Of a stretch of DNA of 64,000 nt, positions 48,563 through 58,566 are shown in pieces. The notes under the pieces are model-generated. The model saw only the letters and a program-made list of their open reading frames with translations. It was not told the origin of the DNA and ran no database searches. The stretch lies in assembly GCA_965279515.1 (NCBI GenBank), contig CBDIID010000003.1:800001-864000 (forward strand), given 5' to 3'. Origin of the DNA: Turneriella sp. (lineage in GTDB: Bacteria; Spirochaetota; Leptospiria; Turneriellales; Turneriellaceae). The position numbers and the translations under genes were made by a program. Each line of letters begins with the position of its first letter. Position 1 is the stretch's first letter.

Positions 48563-49456
48563 TTATTTATCCAGGTGAACCGCGTCGCCCTTATCTGCGC
48601 CGGCCTTCGCCGCCGTTGCCTTAACCTTGGAGTGCAGTACTTCTTTAACAGTGGCTGCGATCTCTCCGCTGGAAGTTTTGATTTTCAGTTTTGAGCCGAC
48701 TGCCAAATCACCGATACCCTTGCCGGTAATCACGAGCTTCTTGCCTTCGGCGCTGAATACCTTACCCACGAGTTTGCCCAGTGCTTTTTTCTCTGCGCCG
48801 GAGAGCAGCGCTATGGTGCGCTTAAACTCGTCAGCACGGTAAGTTCCGTTTGCCTTCTCGCTCTCTTTTGCGAGTGTGAGCGCAGTCTTTTTCGAAGAAG
48901 TCTCGGCAGCTTTACTCGCGCCGGCGTCTAAAAGTACTTTCACAGTCTTGTCGTAGCCTTGCTGTGCCGCAAGCATAAGCGCCGTTACACCGTTGTTATC
49001 CGCATCAGCGACTTTAGCGCCTTTGCTGATAAGATATTGAACGATCTCTGTTTTGCCATGATAAGCAGAACGCATCAGCAGTGTTCTGCCCTGGCGCGTG
49101 CGCGCATTGAGGTCGGCCTTTTGTGAAGCCAGGTATTTCAGAACGCCGAGGTGCCCGTTATCCGCAGCACCCATCGCCGCAGTCCATCCGCCGCTGCTGC
49201 TGGTCTTGTTCACGTCTGCACCCGCTTCAACCAGGGCTTTTACGGCCTTGTCATAATTACCTGTCGCCGCGATACCCAGGTAGTGGCCGTAATAACTGCC
49301 CCCGTTCGGGTTCGCGCCGGCCTTAACGGCAGCTTTGACCTGCGCAGCGTCATTGGCGTAAATCGCCGATTCGAGTTGCTCGGTCGGGCTTTTTTGTTGC
49401 GCGAATAAAGTCGTAGTGAGGATAAAAACAGCGGAAAAAACAAGTCTCTTTAACAT
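48563..49456 (-). CDS. exported ankyrin repeat protein
   Basis: Signal peptide; GADVN, GWTAAM.AA, GRTLLM, GVTALMLAA repeats. Confidence 0.92.
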   Translation of the reverse strand: MLKRLVFSAVFILTTTLFAQQKSPTEQLESAIYANDAAQVKAAVKAGANPNGGSYYGHYLGIAATGNYDKAVKALVEAGADVNKTSSSGGWTAAMGAADNGHLGVLKYLASQKADLNARTRQGRTLLMRSAYHGKTEIVQYLISKGAKVADADNNGVTALMLAAQQGYDKTVKVLLDAGASKAAETSSKKTALTLAKESEKANGTYRADEFKRTIALLSGAEKKALGKLVGKVFSAEGKKLVITGKGIGDLAVGSKLKIKTSSGEIAATVKEVLHSKVKATAAKAGADKGDAVHLDK

Positions 49457-49525
49457 AAGTGCGGATCGCCTATGTGCGACAGGCTTTCAACCGGATTTCC
49501 ATCCGCCGTTACCCGCTTTAATGCC

Positions 49526-50854
49526 CTAAGCGCCGAAGATTTTCTGCGTTTCAGGGCTCACCGGCACCTCTTCAGCGAGGAAGGCCTTCTGCAGAAATGC
49601 CCCGGTATCATGCTGTTCTGCGGCCGTAATGGTAGCCGATGGCGCAGCTTTAGCTGCCGGCATCTCGGCCGCGCGCGGCGCAGCCGTATCATCGAAACTT
49701 TTTCCCGTCTCGATCGCTGTCTTCAGCCTTTCGATTTTCTGCACCAGCGCGCTCACCGACGGTTCCTTAAGCTTTTGCACGAGATCGACGAGCGCGATTT
49801 CGAGCGCCATCTTGAGTTCACTGCTTTTCGCCGAAAGCATCTGCGAAAAATCCTGGTTGAGTTTAAATAGCTGCTGGAAAACGCGGATCAATGCATGGCG
49901 ATCCCATTCGGCAGCACGTTCAGCGATCTGCGCGATGTCGTCTTTCGACAAGGAATGCACCTCGACCTTCTCAGCAACCAGCACCAGCGCGCGCAGGTAG
50001 GCCAGCAGGTCCTTGAGGAATACCCGCAGGTTCGCCCCGCCCTGTGTGAGTTCATGGATGGCGTTGAGAATTGTGTGCAAGTCGCCCGTTCTCAGCCCCG
50101 CGACGAATTTATTGTATACCTCGATCGGCAAGATATCGAGGGATTCGCGCACCGCGGCGATGGTGAGGGTATCTTGCCCCGAAAAAGCCAGGGTCTGGTC
50201 GAGCAAGGATATCGCATCGCGAAGCGAACCTTCGCCGCGTTCGGCAATCGGCAACAGCGCATCTTTTTCAAAGGCAATCTGTTCTTTTTCCAGGATATGC
50301 GCAAGGCGACCGGCAATCTCGCGCGCGTTGAACTTCTTGAAGGTGAAGACCTGGCAGCGCGAGGCGATCGTCTCGGGTATCTTGTGGAGTTCGGTCGTTG
50401 CCAGGATAAAGACAACGTGGTGCGGCGGCTCTTCGAGAGTCTTCAGGAGCGCATTGAATGATTCGACGGTGAGCATGTGCACCTCGTCGATGATATAGAC
50501 CTTGTAGCGCGATTTCATCGGCGCAAACACCGCTTGCGCCCTGAGCTCGCGGATGTTATCGATACCGCGGTTCGAAGCCGCATCGATTTCGATCACATCG
50601 GTTGAGCGCCCTTCAGAAATCTCGACACAGTGCTCGCAGACGTTGCAGAGCGTCGATGTAGGGCCATTCACGCAGTTAAGCGCCTTCGCGAGAATACGTG
50701 CCATGGTTGTCTTACCGACGCCCCGCGCGCCATGGAACAGATAGGCATGCCCGATCTTCTTAAAATCGAGCGCATTCTTCAGGCTCTGTGCGGCCGAGAG
50801 CTGGCCCACCAGATCTTCAAAGTTCTGCGGACGATAGCGCGTCGCCAAGCTCAT
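49526..50854 (-). CDS. dnaX: DNA polymerase III subunit gamma/tau
   Basis: RYRPQ.F, GARGVGKTT, EIDAASNRG, IIDEVHML, NALLKTLEEPP, SRC. Confidence 0.97.
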   Translation of the reverse strand: MSLATRYRPQNFEDLVGQLSAAQSLKNALDFKKIGHAYLFHGARGVGKTTMARILAKALNCVNGPTSTLCNVCEHCVEISEGRSTDVIEIDAASNRGIDNIRELRAQAVFAPMKSRYKVYIIDEVHMLTVESFNALLKTLEEPPHHVVFILATTELHKIPETIASRCQVFTFKKFNAREIAGRLAHILEKEQIAFEKDALLPIAERGEGSLRDAISLLDQTLAFSGQDTLTIAAVRESLDILPIEVYNKFVAGLRTGDLHTILNAIHELTQGGANLRVFLKDLLAYLRALVLVAEKVEVHSLSKDDIAQIAERAAEWDRHALIRVFQQLFKLNQDFSQMLSAKSSELKMALEIALVDLVQKLKEPSVSALVQKIERLKTAIETGKSFDDTAAPRAAEMPAAKAAPSATITAAEQHDTGAFLQKAFLAEEVPVSPETQKIFGA

Positions 50855-53259
50855 TCATCGTCTCCATCGAAGAAATCCTTTGTTTTGACCACCGGCTTTT
50901 TCTCGACCGGTGTCGGCATCGTGATTTCGTTATCGATAGCCGGGTTCTCACCTAAGTCGATTTTATTGCCCGTTTCGGGGCCGGTATCTTCGAGGAATAA
51001 TTCCTTATAGGGCTCGGAGCAGCTCGAGGTCGCCGGCAGACCATTGCTGCGGCAGAAGGTGATCTCCGTCAGTTCGGCTTCTTTTAGATAGGCATCCTCA
51101 TCCTGGATCTTCGCGGCGATACGGTTCTGGTAAGCAGCCCAGATCGGCGCCGCAACACCGGCACCCGCCTGGCCTGGCCCCAAAGACAGGCTCGGGCGGT
51201 CATAGCCGACCCACACCGCCGAAGTATAACGTTTATTAAAACCGACAAACCAGGCATCACGAAAGCCGTTCGTCGTACCGGTTTTTCCCGCCGCATAACC
51301 GCCGTATCCGGTCTTGCGCACACTCGAACCGGTTCCGTGCTGCACGGCCGTCTCGAGCAGCGAGCGCACAATCGTCGCCGTACCGGCGCTGATGACCTGT
51401 TCTTTTTTTTGCACCGGAGTAAAGTCTTTGATGAGCTTCTGGTTCCGGTCGAAAACTTTCTTCAGCATCACGGGCTCGATGCTTTCGCCCCCGCGCGCAA
51501 AATGGGAAAAACCGCGGGCCATCCCCAAAGGTGAGACCTCATAGGTGCCGAGCGCAATCGAGAGGTTGTAGGGAATCTGCTGCGGTTTGACATAGAGCTC
51601 TTTCGCCAGCGTCGGTAACATATTGCCGAGACCCACTTCACGGGCAAGTGCGATACTCACGGTATTTACCGAGTAGCGTAGCGCGTCGCGCAGTGTAATA
51701 AAGCCGCGAAAACCGGAGGAATAATTTTCCGGCATCCATAGATCACCCCGTTCATCGATGGAGACGATGGGCGAATCGGGAAACTGTGTGGCTGCGGTGA
51801 CCTTCTTTGTTTCCAGTGCGGCGGCATAGAGCAGGGGCTTAAACGACGAACCGGGTTGGCGTTCCATGTGGATAGCCCGGTTGATCTGGTTCTGTGTGCT
51901 GAATGGCAGGCCGCCGACGACCGCCGTGACTTCACCCGTCATATTATCGATTTCGGCGAGCGCGCCCTGCACGGCGAGATAGCGGTTAGCGAAAGGATTA
52001 TCAGCCCTGAGATGCGTCAGTACCGAATCCATGCGCTCATCACCACCGAAGCCGAGATTCACAAGTTCGAGTGGATCGAGGAATTCCTCGAAAAAATTCA
52101 TGTGGAGTTCGTATTGATCGAAACGTTTCTGCGGGTTGAGATCCGGCAGGTTCATGGAAATCTGTGCCAGCGAGAGCAGCGCCGAGTATTCATGGGAAAG
52201 CTCGAGCTGCTTGGAGAAGAAGTAATTACGCGAGATGGAATTCTGCGCGCGCACGCCGCGCCACAGGGCCTCCTGCGCCGCCTTCTGATGGTCGAGATCG
52301 AGACCGGTGTGTATTTTCAGGCCTTCATTATAAAGAGCCTGCTTACCAAATTCTTTCTCGAGAATCGGTCGCACCGTTTCTGAGAAATACGGCGCATTAT
52401 CGACGCGGCGGCCAAATGCGGTTTCGGTCGGCGCAATGTTGAGTGTGCCGTAATAATGCGTCGCCTCGGCCTCGGCTTTTTGCGCGGCGGCGATGTCGAT
52501 AAAGCCCAGATCGACCATCTTCATCAGTGCATGCTGCAGCCGGGCGCGCGAGAGATGCGGGTTGCGGATCGGCGAATAACGGTTCGGTGAACTCGGCAAC
52601 GTCGCGAGAATCGCCGCCTGCGCCACGGAAATATTCTTTACTGACGAATCAAAATAGAACTGCGACGCAGCCTCGACCCCGTAATTACCATGGCCGAAGT
52701 AGATCTGGTTGCAATACAGCAGGAGTATCTTATCCTTCGCATACCCGGCATCGATCAGCAGCGCCAGCGCGGCTTCTTTAATTTTGCGCGTAAATGTGCG
52801 CTTCTGGTCGGTCAGCACAACCTTCGCGAGCTGCTGTGTGATGGTCGAGCCGCCCTGCTTCACCTGCCCCGCCTGCAGGTTGATGAGAAATGCACGGAAG
52901 ATACCCTGCGGTGAAATACCCGCGTGATCGTAAAAGTGATTATCTTCCATCGCGATGAAGGCCTGCTTCAGATGCGGGGGGATATCCTGCTCGGGCGCCA
53001 GAATACGCTGGTCCTGGAAGAATGTCGTGATGAGCCGGCCCTTGCGGTCATAGAGCTCACTCGGTACCGATGGCTTATACGAATCGAGGTTGAACACGCG
53101 CCAGGCCTGGCTTAAGACCGCTACAGAAAGCAGCGTGACGACAAAGAGCGTAGCGCCCATGAAAATGGTCGCGGCGATACGGCGCGAGAGATTTTCCGCC
53201 AGCAAGACACGCGCAGCACGGTCTGCCAATTTTGCATAGAGATGAATAATGCCGCGCAC
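50851..53259 (-). CDS. class A penicillin-binding protein (PBP1A family)
   Basis: EDNHF..H.G, GGSTITQQLAK, RKIKE (glycosyltransferase); SSFK, SVN, KTG (transpeptidase). Confidence 0.95.
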   Translation of the reverse strand: MRGIIHLYAKLADRAARVLLAENLSRRIAATIFMGATLFVVTLLSVAVLSQAWRVFNLDSYKPSVPSELYDRKGRLITTFFQDQRILAPEQDIPPHLKQAFIAMEDNHFYDHAGISPQGIFRAFLINLQAGQVKQGGSTITQQLAKVVLTDQKRTFTRKIKEAALALLIDAGYAKDKILLLYCNQIYFGHGNYGVEAASQFYFDSSVKNISVAQAAILATLPSSPNRYSPIRNPHLSRARLQHALMKMVDLGFIDIAAAQKAEAEATHYYGTLNIAPTETAFGRRVDNAPYFSETVRPILEKEFGKQALYNEGLKIHTGLDLDHQKAAQEALWRGVRAQNSISRNYFFSKQLELSHEYSALLSLAQISMNLPDLNPQKRFDQYELHMNFFEEFLDPLELVNLGFGGDERMDSVLTHLRADNPFANRYLAVQGALAEIDNMTGEVTAVVGGLPFSTQNQINRAIHMERQPGSSFKPLLYAAALETKKVTAATQFPDSPIVSIDERGDLWMPENYSSGFRGFITLRDALRYSVNTVSIALAREVGLGNMLPTLAKELYVKPQQIPYNLSIALGTYEVSPLGMARGFSHFARGGESIEPVMLKKVFDRNQKLIKDFTPVQKKEQVISAGTATIVRSLLETAVQHGTGSSVRKTGYGGYAAGKTGTTNGFRDAWFVGFNKRYTSAVWVGYDRPSLSLGPGQAGAGVAAPIWAAYQNRIAAKIQDEDAYLKEAELTEITFCRSNGLPATSSCSEPYKELFLEDTGPETGNKIDLGENPAIDNEITMPTPVEKKPVVKTKDFFDGDDE

Positions 53260-53320
53260 GCCCCGGCAAGGGCGGCGATTTTCTTGCGGTGTAAAGTGAT
53301 TCGAAGGAATATCGACGGTA

Positions 53321-53466
53321 CCCAGAATTCATGAAGTTGGTCAAACCGAATCAGAGTTATCTACTTTCGCAGAATCCGGAAGCCTCGCGGTTTGGAAGAC
53401 CAAACCACTGCTAAAGCGGCCGAGGCGGCCTGCTTCCGGATTATGCGCAACTTTATGAATTCTGGG
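53321..53466 (+). repeat. long multi-branched inverted-repeat element (CTAAAGCG family, copy A)
   Basis: 19-bp outer stem, 16-bp inner stem, and junction AAGC-CTCG-hairpin-CTGCTAAAGCG-hairpin-CTGCTT. Confidence 0.75.
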
Positions 53467-53515
53467 GCCCCTTTATACCGTTGACGTGCTCCCCGGCGCA
53501 GAAAATCATTCCACA

Positions 53516-53857
53516 ATGGCGACTGAAATTTCACCCGAGAAACTTTCCGAACTCAAGGCTTTGGGCGGCGATGCCCTCATCACCAAGCTGCTGAGTAAGT
53601 TTGTCGAAAATTCGGCAAAACTGATCGCCGATGCGAAAACCGCCGTCGCCGCCGGCGATGCGCCAAAAGTCGATTATTGTGTGCACACCCTCAAAGGCAG
53701 CGCCATGAGTCTGGGCCTCGGTTCCATGAGTGCAATCCTCATCGATCTCAATGTGCGCACCAAGGCGCAGAATCTCGCCAATGTGCAGGGCGATCTCGAC
53801 CAGCTTGAAAAGCTGCTCGAAGAAGTGAAAGCCTATAAGGCCGCGACTTTTCCGTAG
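53516..53857 (+). CDS. stand-alone Hpt (histidine phosphotransfer) domain protein
   Basis: VHTLKGSAMSLG phospho-acceptor motif; four-helix-bundle size. Confidence 0.92.
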   Translation: MATEISPEKLSELKALGGDALITKLLSKFVENSAKLIADAKTAVAAGDAPKVDYCVHTLKGSAMSLGLGSMSAILIDLNVRTKAQNLANVQGDLDQLEKLLEEVKAYKAATFP

Positions 53858-53991
53858 CAGGCTCCGGAAAAACTCCCGAAAAAGCGAAAAGCCTCGTCGT
53901 TTGCAAAGCCAAACGACTGCTAAAGCGCGTCGTCGCTTGGTAGCCAAGCGACTTTGCTGCTTTTCGCTTTTTCGGTTCCGAGAGCCTGCTA
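53854..53991 (+). repeat. long multi-branched inverted-repeat element (CTAAAGCG family, copy B)
   Basis: TAGCAGGCTC/GAGCCTGCTA, perfect 17-bp CCGAAAAAGCGAAAAGC stem, and the same junction sequences as copy A. Confidence 0.75.
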
Positions 53992-54019
53992 GCAGTTTCC
54001 TTTTTCAGGAAACTGCTAG
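53989..54019. terminator. strong hairpin between convergent genes
   Basis: CTAGCAGTTTCCT-TTTTC-AGGAAACTGCTAG, containing the creatininase stop codon. Confidence 0.55.
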
Positions 54020-54948
54020 TTAACTGCAACCACGCCTGAAATCAGTTCGGTCACGCCCATAACCGGCTCAGGAGGAGATCCCCCTTCTATGAAAACGCTG
54101 CGCACAGCGGTCTCATACTCACTCAGAATTCGCGAAACAAAAATCTCACCGCTCTTTGCATTCGCAAAGCGCGGCTTACCAGTATAACCGGGAAACGGAT
54201 CGAGTTTAATCCAGGCGAGAGCCTCGGCGGCAAAGACTAACTCGCGCGCCGCGCCTTGCTGTCCCAGCGAACGCATGCCGCGTATCGCTGCCTTTTGCCA
54301 CGCAGGGATCTCCACCGGAGGGCAATCGGGCAGATTTTTATACGCGGGATCGACGCTTGCCCCGGCGAGCGCCAGCGTCAGCGAAGTTTCAAAGAAGCCC
54401 GCATGGTAATCGCTGCCGAGATGTTTGGAAATCTCTGCGCGTGCGGCCGTGTCTTTAACGGGCAGCAGTGCATCGGCATAGTCGCCCGGTGTATATTCGA
54501 GTAGTTTTTTGAGAATCGTATTCATCGGATTCAAAGCCTGAATTCCGGCAGCACCCAGCTTTTTCACAAAACGCTGTATTGCATGGTTATGCCGGGGCGC
54601 GCCGTGGAACGTCATGATGACTGCGCGTTTGACGCCGATGCCTGGCAGCTTATCGGCGAAAGCGTCGAGGTGATTTTCGAAATGCCGCGCGCTGGTGACG
54701 ATGGTGCCAGGCCCCGGGGTTGGGTCGAGCCCCATATTGATGAGCGGCGCCGCGATAAAACGTTCCGCAATCCCCCATTTCTTCATGCGTGCAAACAGGC
54801 GTTCGGCAAGCCCCTGACTGATCAGATAGTCATTCGCGAGCGGCAGGTGGGGCCCATGGTATTCGGTGGGATTGATAAAGATGAAAAGCGGATTTTCGGC
54901 AAAAACCGCGTTCAGGCGGCCTTCCGGCATTTCATCGTAGAATTCCAT
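54016..54948 (-). CDS. creatininase family protein
   Basis: EYHGPHLPLAND, PGT, FHG, HAGFFETS. Confidence 0.9.
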   Translation of the reverse strand: MEFYDEMPEGRLNAVFAENPLFIFINPTEYHGPHLPLANDYLISQGLAERLFARMKKWGIAERFIAAPLINMGLDPTPGPGTIVTSARHFENHLDAFADKLPGIGVKRAVIMTFHGAPRHNHAIQRFVKKLGAAGIQALNPMNTILKKLLEYTPGDYADALLPVKDTAARAEISKHLGSDYHAGFFETSLTLALAGASVDPAYKNLPDCPPVEIPAWQKAAIRGMRSLGQQGAARELVFAAEALAWIKLDPFPGYTGKPRFANAKSGEIFVSRILSEYETAVRSVFIEGGSPPEPVMGVTELISGVVAVN

Positions 54949-55027
54949 GGCCCGTGGCGGCGCTAAAATACGCCTGCGTCAAGAACATATTTACACCCTG
55001 TTTTCCAGCCGGTTTTTTACCAGCGTA

Positions 55028-56182
55028 ATGAAAAGTCAGGATACATCCCCCGAAATTCCTAAAATGCTCTTTGTAAAGCATCTCTCAAAAATTCTGCTGT
55101 TCTACTTCGTCGGTCTCTCTATCTTCTTTATCTCCGGGTTTGCTGTCTTCAAAATCCTGTTTGCCGATACCGAAAAAACCGTGGTGCCTGATGTTGTAGG
55201 CCGCCTGTTTCTGGGCGAGCATAACAAGCTGCGTGACGATTTTAAGGTTGAGGTCAAGCCTGCCTACCTGACGCAATATCCCTACGGCTATATTCTGGCA
55301 CAGGACCTGACGCCGGGTAAAACCGTGGATAAGAATACCAAGCTCGAAGTGCTGGTAAACCTTTCGGACGCGATTGTGCAGGTGCCACGCCTCACCGGTT
55401 TTTCAGAAGACCTGATTGACGGCTCGCTGGCAAGCCTGCCCGTCGGCGGCCGCATTTTTTCGCTGCGCAAAGGCATCATCACACGTGTGCCCTCGGCGCA
55501 GCCCAAGCGCGAAGTGCTCGCACAGTTCCCGCCCGTAGGCACTCCGGTTATTCCGAATACTCCCGTGTCGCTGCTTATTTCCGACGGCCCGGCGCCTACA
55601 GGTGCTGCAGGCGGCCCGCAGGCCTTGAACCGCATACGCATCGAAAAGGGCACTCCGGTATCGATTGCGTTAAATGCGGCATACCACCTGAGGATTCCCG
55701 GGGTCGTGAAACTTTCTAAAACCGAAAAGGCCGATGAAAACGCGGCACTCGTCGCCGACGCGAAAATTGCGGCGGACGGCATTGAGCTCATCGTCGGTGA
55801 ATTCGCCGAGATCATCGCGAAGGGCAAGTCGAAGATCGACTTCAGCGATCTGCCCTATGTGCAGCTTTTTGTACCCGAAAAAAAATGGGGCGAAAAGGAC
55901 CAGGTGCTTACGATCGCACGCCGCGAGGCCGTGCCATCGGAAGATGGCTCACCTTACAGTGAATATTTCCTCATCAAAAATCAATCCCCCCTACCGGTAT
56001 TTCGCCGCCGCGATGAAAAATTCGATGTCTATAAAGACTATTTCACGTACTCAGTCATAAAACCCGTAGAAAAATCGCCCGATAGCACAAAGACCATTGT
56101 CGGTGATCCTAACAAAACCGAAGCGCAGCAAAAACCGCGTACCCCCGATAAAACAGTGCGCCTGAAGGCCGATACGCTCTAA
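55028..56182 (+). CDS. PASTA domain-containing membrane protein
   Basis: TM helix then VPDVVG, ILAQ..PG, VPRLTG, VLAQFP repeats. Confidence 0.85.
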   Translation: MKSQDTSPEIPKMLFVKHLSKILLFYFVGLSIFFISGFAVFKILFADTEKTVVPDVVGRLFLGEHNKLRDDFKVEVKPAYLTQYPYGYILAQDLTPGKTVDKNTKLEVLVNLSDAIVQVPRLTGFSEDLIDGSLASLPVGGRIFSLRKGIITRVPSAQPKREVLAQFPPVGTPVIPNTPVSLLISDGPAPTGAAGGPQALNRIRIEKGTPVSIALNAAYHLRIPGVVKLSKTEKADENAALVADAKIAADGIELIVGEFAEIIAKGKSKIDFSDLPYVQLFVPEKKWGEKDQVLTIARREAVPSEDGSPYSEYFLIKNQSPLPVFRRRDEKFDVYKDYFTYSVIKPVEKSPDSTKTIVGDPNKTEAQQKPRTPDKTVRLKADTL

Positions 56183-56823
56183 TGCCTAAGATTTCACCGA
56201 GCATTCTCGCCGCACCCCTGGCGCATTTAGGCGCCGCGGCCAAAGAGATTGAAGCCGCGGGCTGCGAATACGTACACATCGATGTCATGGACGGCCACTT
56301 TGTACCGGCGTTGACATTCGGCGATCAGATCACCGCCGCCATCGCGGCCGAGACCAAGGTGCCACTCGACGTGCACCTGATGGTGGCAAAACCCGAAAGC
56401 GAGGCGCGCAAATATTTCGACCTCAAACCCGCTATTATCACCTTCCACTACGAAGCAACAACGGCACCCATCCGTCTCGCCGAAGAGATTCGGGCGCGGG
56501 GAATCAAAGCGGGCCTCTCTCTCAACCCGCGCACACCGGTTTCGGTGGTTGCCGACCTGACCCGTTATTTTGACGTCTTTCTGCTGATGTCGGTTGAGCC
56601 GGGTTTTTACGGGCAGAAATTCATAGAAGCCTCGTGGGATCGCCTCGCTGCGCTTGCTGCCTTCAAAAGCCAGGGGCATCCCTTTGAGATTGAAGTCGAC
56701 GGCGGGGTTTCTGACGTCAATGCAGCACGTCTCGCCGCGGCGGGCGCAGATATTTTTGTTTCGGGCAGTTATCTTTTCAAAGGCGATATGAAAGAAAAGG
56801 TGAAAAAACTTAAGGGGATTTAA
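56182..56823 (+). CDS. rpe: ribulose-phosphate 3-epimerase
   Basis: ISPSILA, HIDVMDGHFVP, DVHLM, MSVEPGFYGQ, EVDGG. Confidence 0.97.
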   Translation: MPKISPSILAAPLAHLGAAAKEIEAAGCEYVHIDVMDGHFVPALTFGDQITAAIAAETKVPLDVHLMVAKPESEARKYFDLKPAIITFHYEATTAPIRLAEEIRARGIKAGLSLNPRTPVSVVADLTRYFDVFLLMSVEPGFYGQKFIEASWDRLAALAAFKSQGHPFEIEVDGGVSDVNAARLAAAGADIFVSGSYLFKGDMKEKVKKLKGI

Positions 56824-57290
56824 TGCGCGGAAAATACATCATTCTGATGGCGGCCCTCTCCCTGGTCAGTTGTAAAAAATCTTCACTCTTCACGGAAATC
56901 GACGCCAGCTTCAAGTCTCTCGACGATGTCTTCATCACAGAATTCAAGAACCAGCAAAAGCAGGTAGAGAAAAATACCGAGCTGACGCTTGATGCGAAAG
57001 AGGCGAAGACCGGCCACTTTGGCACGCTGCTCTCGCTCGACGTCTGGGAGTTTGGCGCTGACGCCGATGCAAAACAGGCATACGAAACCCTCATCGCTGC
57101 GGAAAAGCAGAACACACCGCGCGAGTACGACCAGACGCGCTCGGGCGAGTACCGCTACACGTTTGTGCGCCAGACCGGCGTTGCCGGTGAAGTGTTCACG
57201 GCGAAAAAGATCCTCTTTCGTATTCTCGCCGAGAACAAAGACACTATCCGCGAATACCTGATTGCTTCTAAACTCGGGCGTATACGCTGA
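56823..57290 (+). CDS. hypothetical lipoprotein
   Basis: MRGKYIILMAALSLVS-C lipobox. Confidence 0.75.
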   Translation: MRGKYIILMAALSLVSCKKSSLFTEIDASFKSLDDVFITEFKNQQKQVEKNTELTLDAKEAKTGHFGTLLSLDVWEFGADADAKQAYETLIAAEKQNTPREYDQTRSGEYRYTFVRQTGVAGEVFTAKKILFRILAENKDTIREYLIASKLGRIR

Positions 57291-57292
57291 CC

Positions 57293-58084
57293 TTGTCTTT
57301 TCCCGTAGCCATATCACCCTGCCCCAACGACACCTTTGCTTTCTACTCGCTGATCGAGGAGAAAAAATACCCGGTTGATTTTCTCGACATTGAAGAATTA
57401 AACCGCGCGCTGCTGGCCGGCAAATACGCGGTTGCCAAGGGTTCCTTTGCCATCATGGAAAAGATTTCGGCCGATTATGAAATTCTGCCCGTCGGCGCCG
57501 CCATCGGCAAGGGCGTCGGCCCCGTTTTTGTTGGCGCACTCAAAAACGGCGCCCGCATCGCCCTGCCCGGTGAGAACACCACCGCAAACCGCTTGTTTCG
57601 TTTCTGGCAGGCGGCGCATCCGGAATTCAACCTGAACGTCGAGCAGATGCCGTTCTTTGAAATGATCCCGGCCCTGCAAAGTGGCCGCGTCAACGCCGCG
57701 GTGCTCATCCACGAGGGGCGCTTTGTCTACCCCGGGCTGGGCCTCAAACTCATCTCTGACCTCGGCGCTTTCTGGGAAAACGCCACGGGTGCCATGATTC
57801 CATTGGGATGCATCTATGCGCGCAAATCCCTGGGTGCAGAGGACAAGGCGGCGTTCGCGGCGGCGCTCAGGCACAGCCTCGAAACCAGCAGCCGCGAGTA
57901 TCGGGAGAGATCCCACCATTATGAGAACGCTATATTGCCTTATATGCTGAAAATGGCACAGGAAAAGGATGTTGCCGTGGTCGAGGCACATGTCGACACC
58001 TATGTCACTTTGGATACGGTTGAGATGGGGCCGACAGCGCTTGCCTCGATCGCCGTTTTCCGGGAAAAGTGCCTTAACCGTTAA
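57293..58084 (+). CDS. mqnD: 1,4-dihydroxy-6-naphthoate synthase (futalosine menaquinone pathway)
   Basis: SPCPNDTF, DIEELN, G.GVGP, PGENTTA, LIHEGRF, DLG.FW, IPLG. Confidence 0.92.
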   Translation: MSFPVAISPCPNDTFAFYSLIEEKKYPVDFLDIEELNRALLAGKYAVAKGSFAIMEKISADYEILPVGAAIGKGVGPVFVGALKNGARIALPGENTTANRLFRFWQAAHPEFNLNVEQMPFFEMIPALQSGRVNAAVLIHEGRFVYPGLGLKLISDLGAFWENATGAMIPLGCIYARKSLGAEDKAAFAAALRHSLETSSREYRERSHHYENAILPYMLKMAQEKDVAVVEAHVDTYVTLDTVEMGPTALASIAVFREKCLNR

Positions 58085-58167
58085 TTTTTTGCAACCGCCG
58101 CGCAGCTCTGGCATCTAATTCGCGAGACGGCGTATATTGACCTCGGTGTCTGCCGCCCCGTTTGATT

Positions 58168-58566
58168 ATGGAAACTGCTCAACTCAAGAATATAGAAGGC
58201 ATGCTTGAAAAATGCCTGACCACGTCGCACACCGCCGACGTGATTTTATCGATTGTGCCCATGGTGGCGGTCGTTTTTGGCTCTGTCCTTTTGTTCTTTC
58301 TGCTCTTTTACAATTACCGCATCCGGCGCGAAAAGATACGCCAGCAGATTCCGGTGGAAAGCGCGTTTGATCACCTGCGCTTCATCAGTCTGCTTGCGGG
58401 CTGCATGAGCTTTTCGGCGGGAATTCCGCTGACGCTGTTTTTTACTTTCACCAACCCGGCGAACCCGGGCATCCTGGGGGGCCTGATACCCCTCTCGGCC
58501 GGTATCGGCCTCATTGTGTTCTACTACCTATCCCAAAACAAGCCAGGGGCGCATGCCAACCGATGA
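58168..58566 (+). CDS. small multi-TM membrane protein upstream of an ECF sigma factor
   Basis: Three hydrophobic segments, GGLIPLSAGIGLIVFY; overlaps the sigma start. Confidence 0.7.
   Translation: METAQLKNIEGMLEKCLTTSHTADVILSIVPMVAVVFGSVLLFFLLFYNYRIRREKIRQQIPVESAFDHLRFISLLAGCMSFSAGIPLTLFFTFTNPANPGILGGLIPLSAGIGLIVFYYLSQNKPGAHANR

Noticed and set aside
53321..53466. Assignment of the CTAAAGCG elements to hammerhead or pistol ribozymes
   Set aside because: There is no CUGANGA/GAAA core and no upstream loop complementary to the junction for the pistol pseudoknot; the class is left unassigned.
57293..58084. mqnD as a novelty
   Set aside because: The futalosine pathway is well known and widespread; routine housekeeping.
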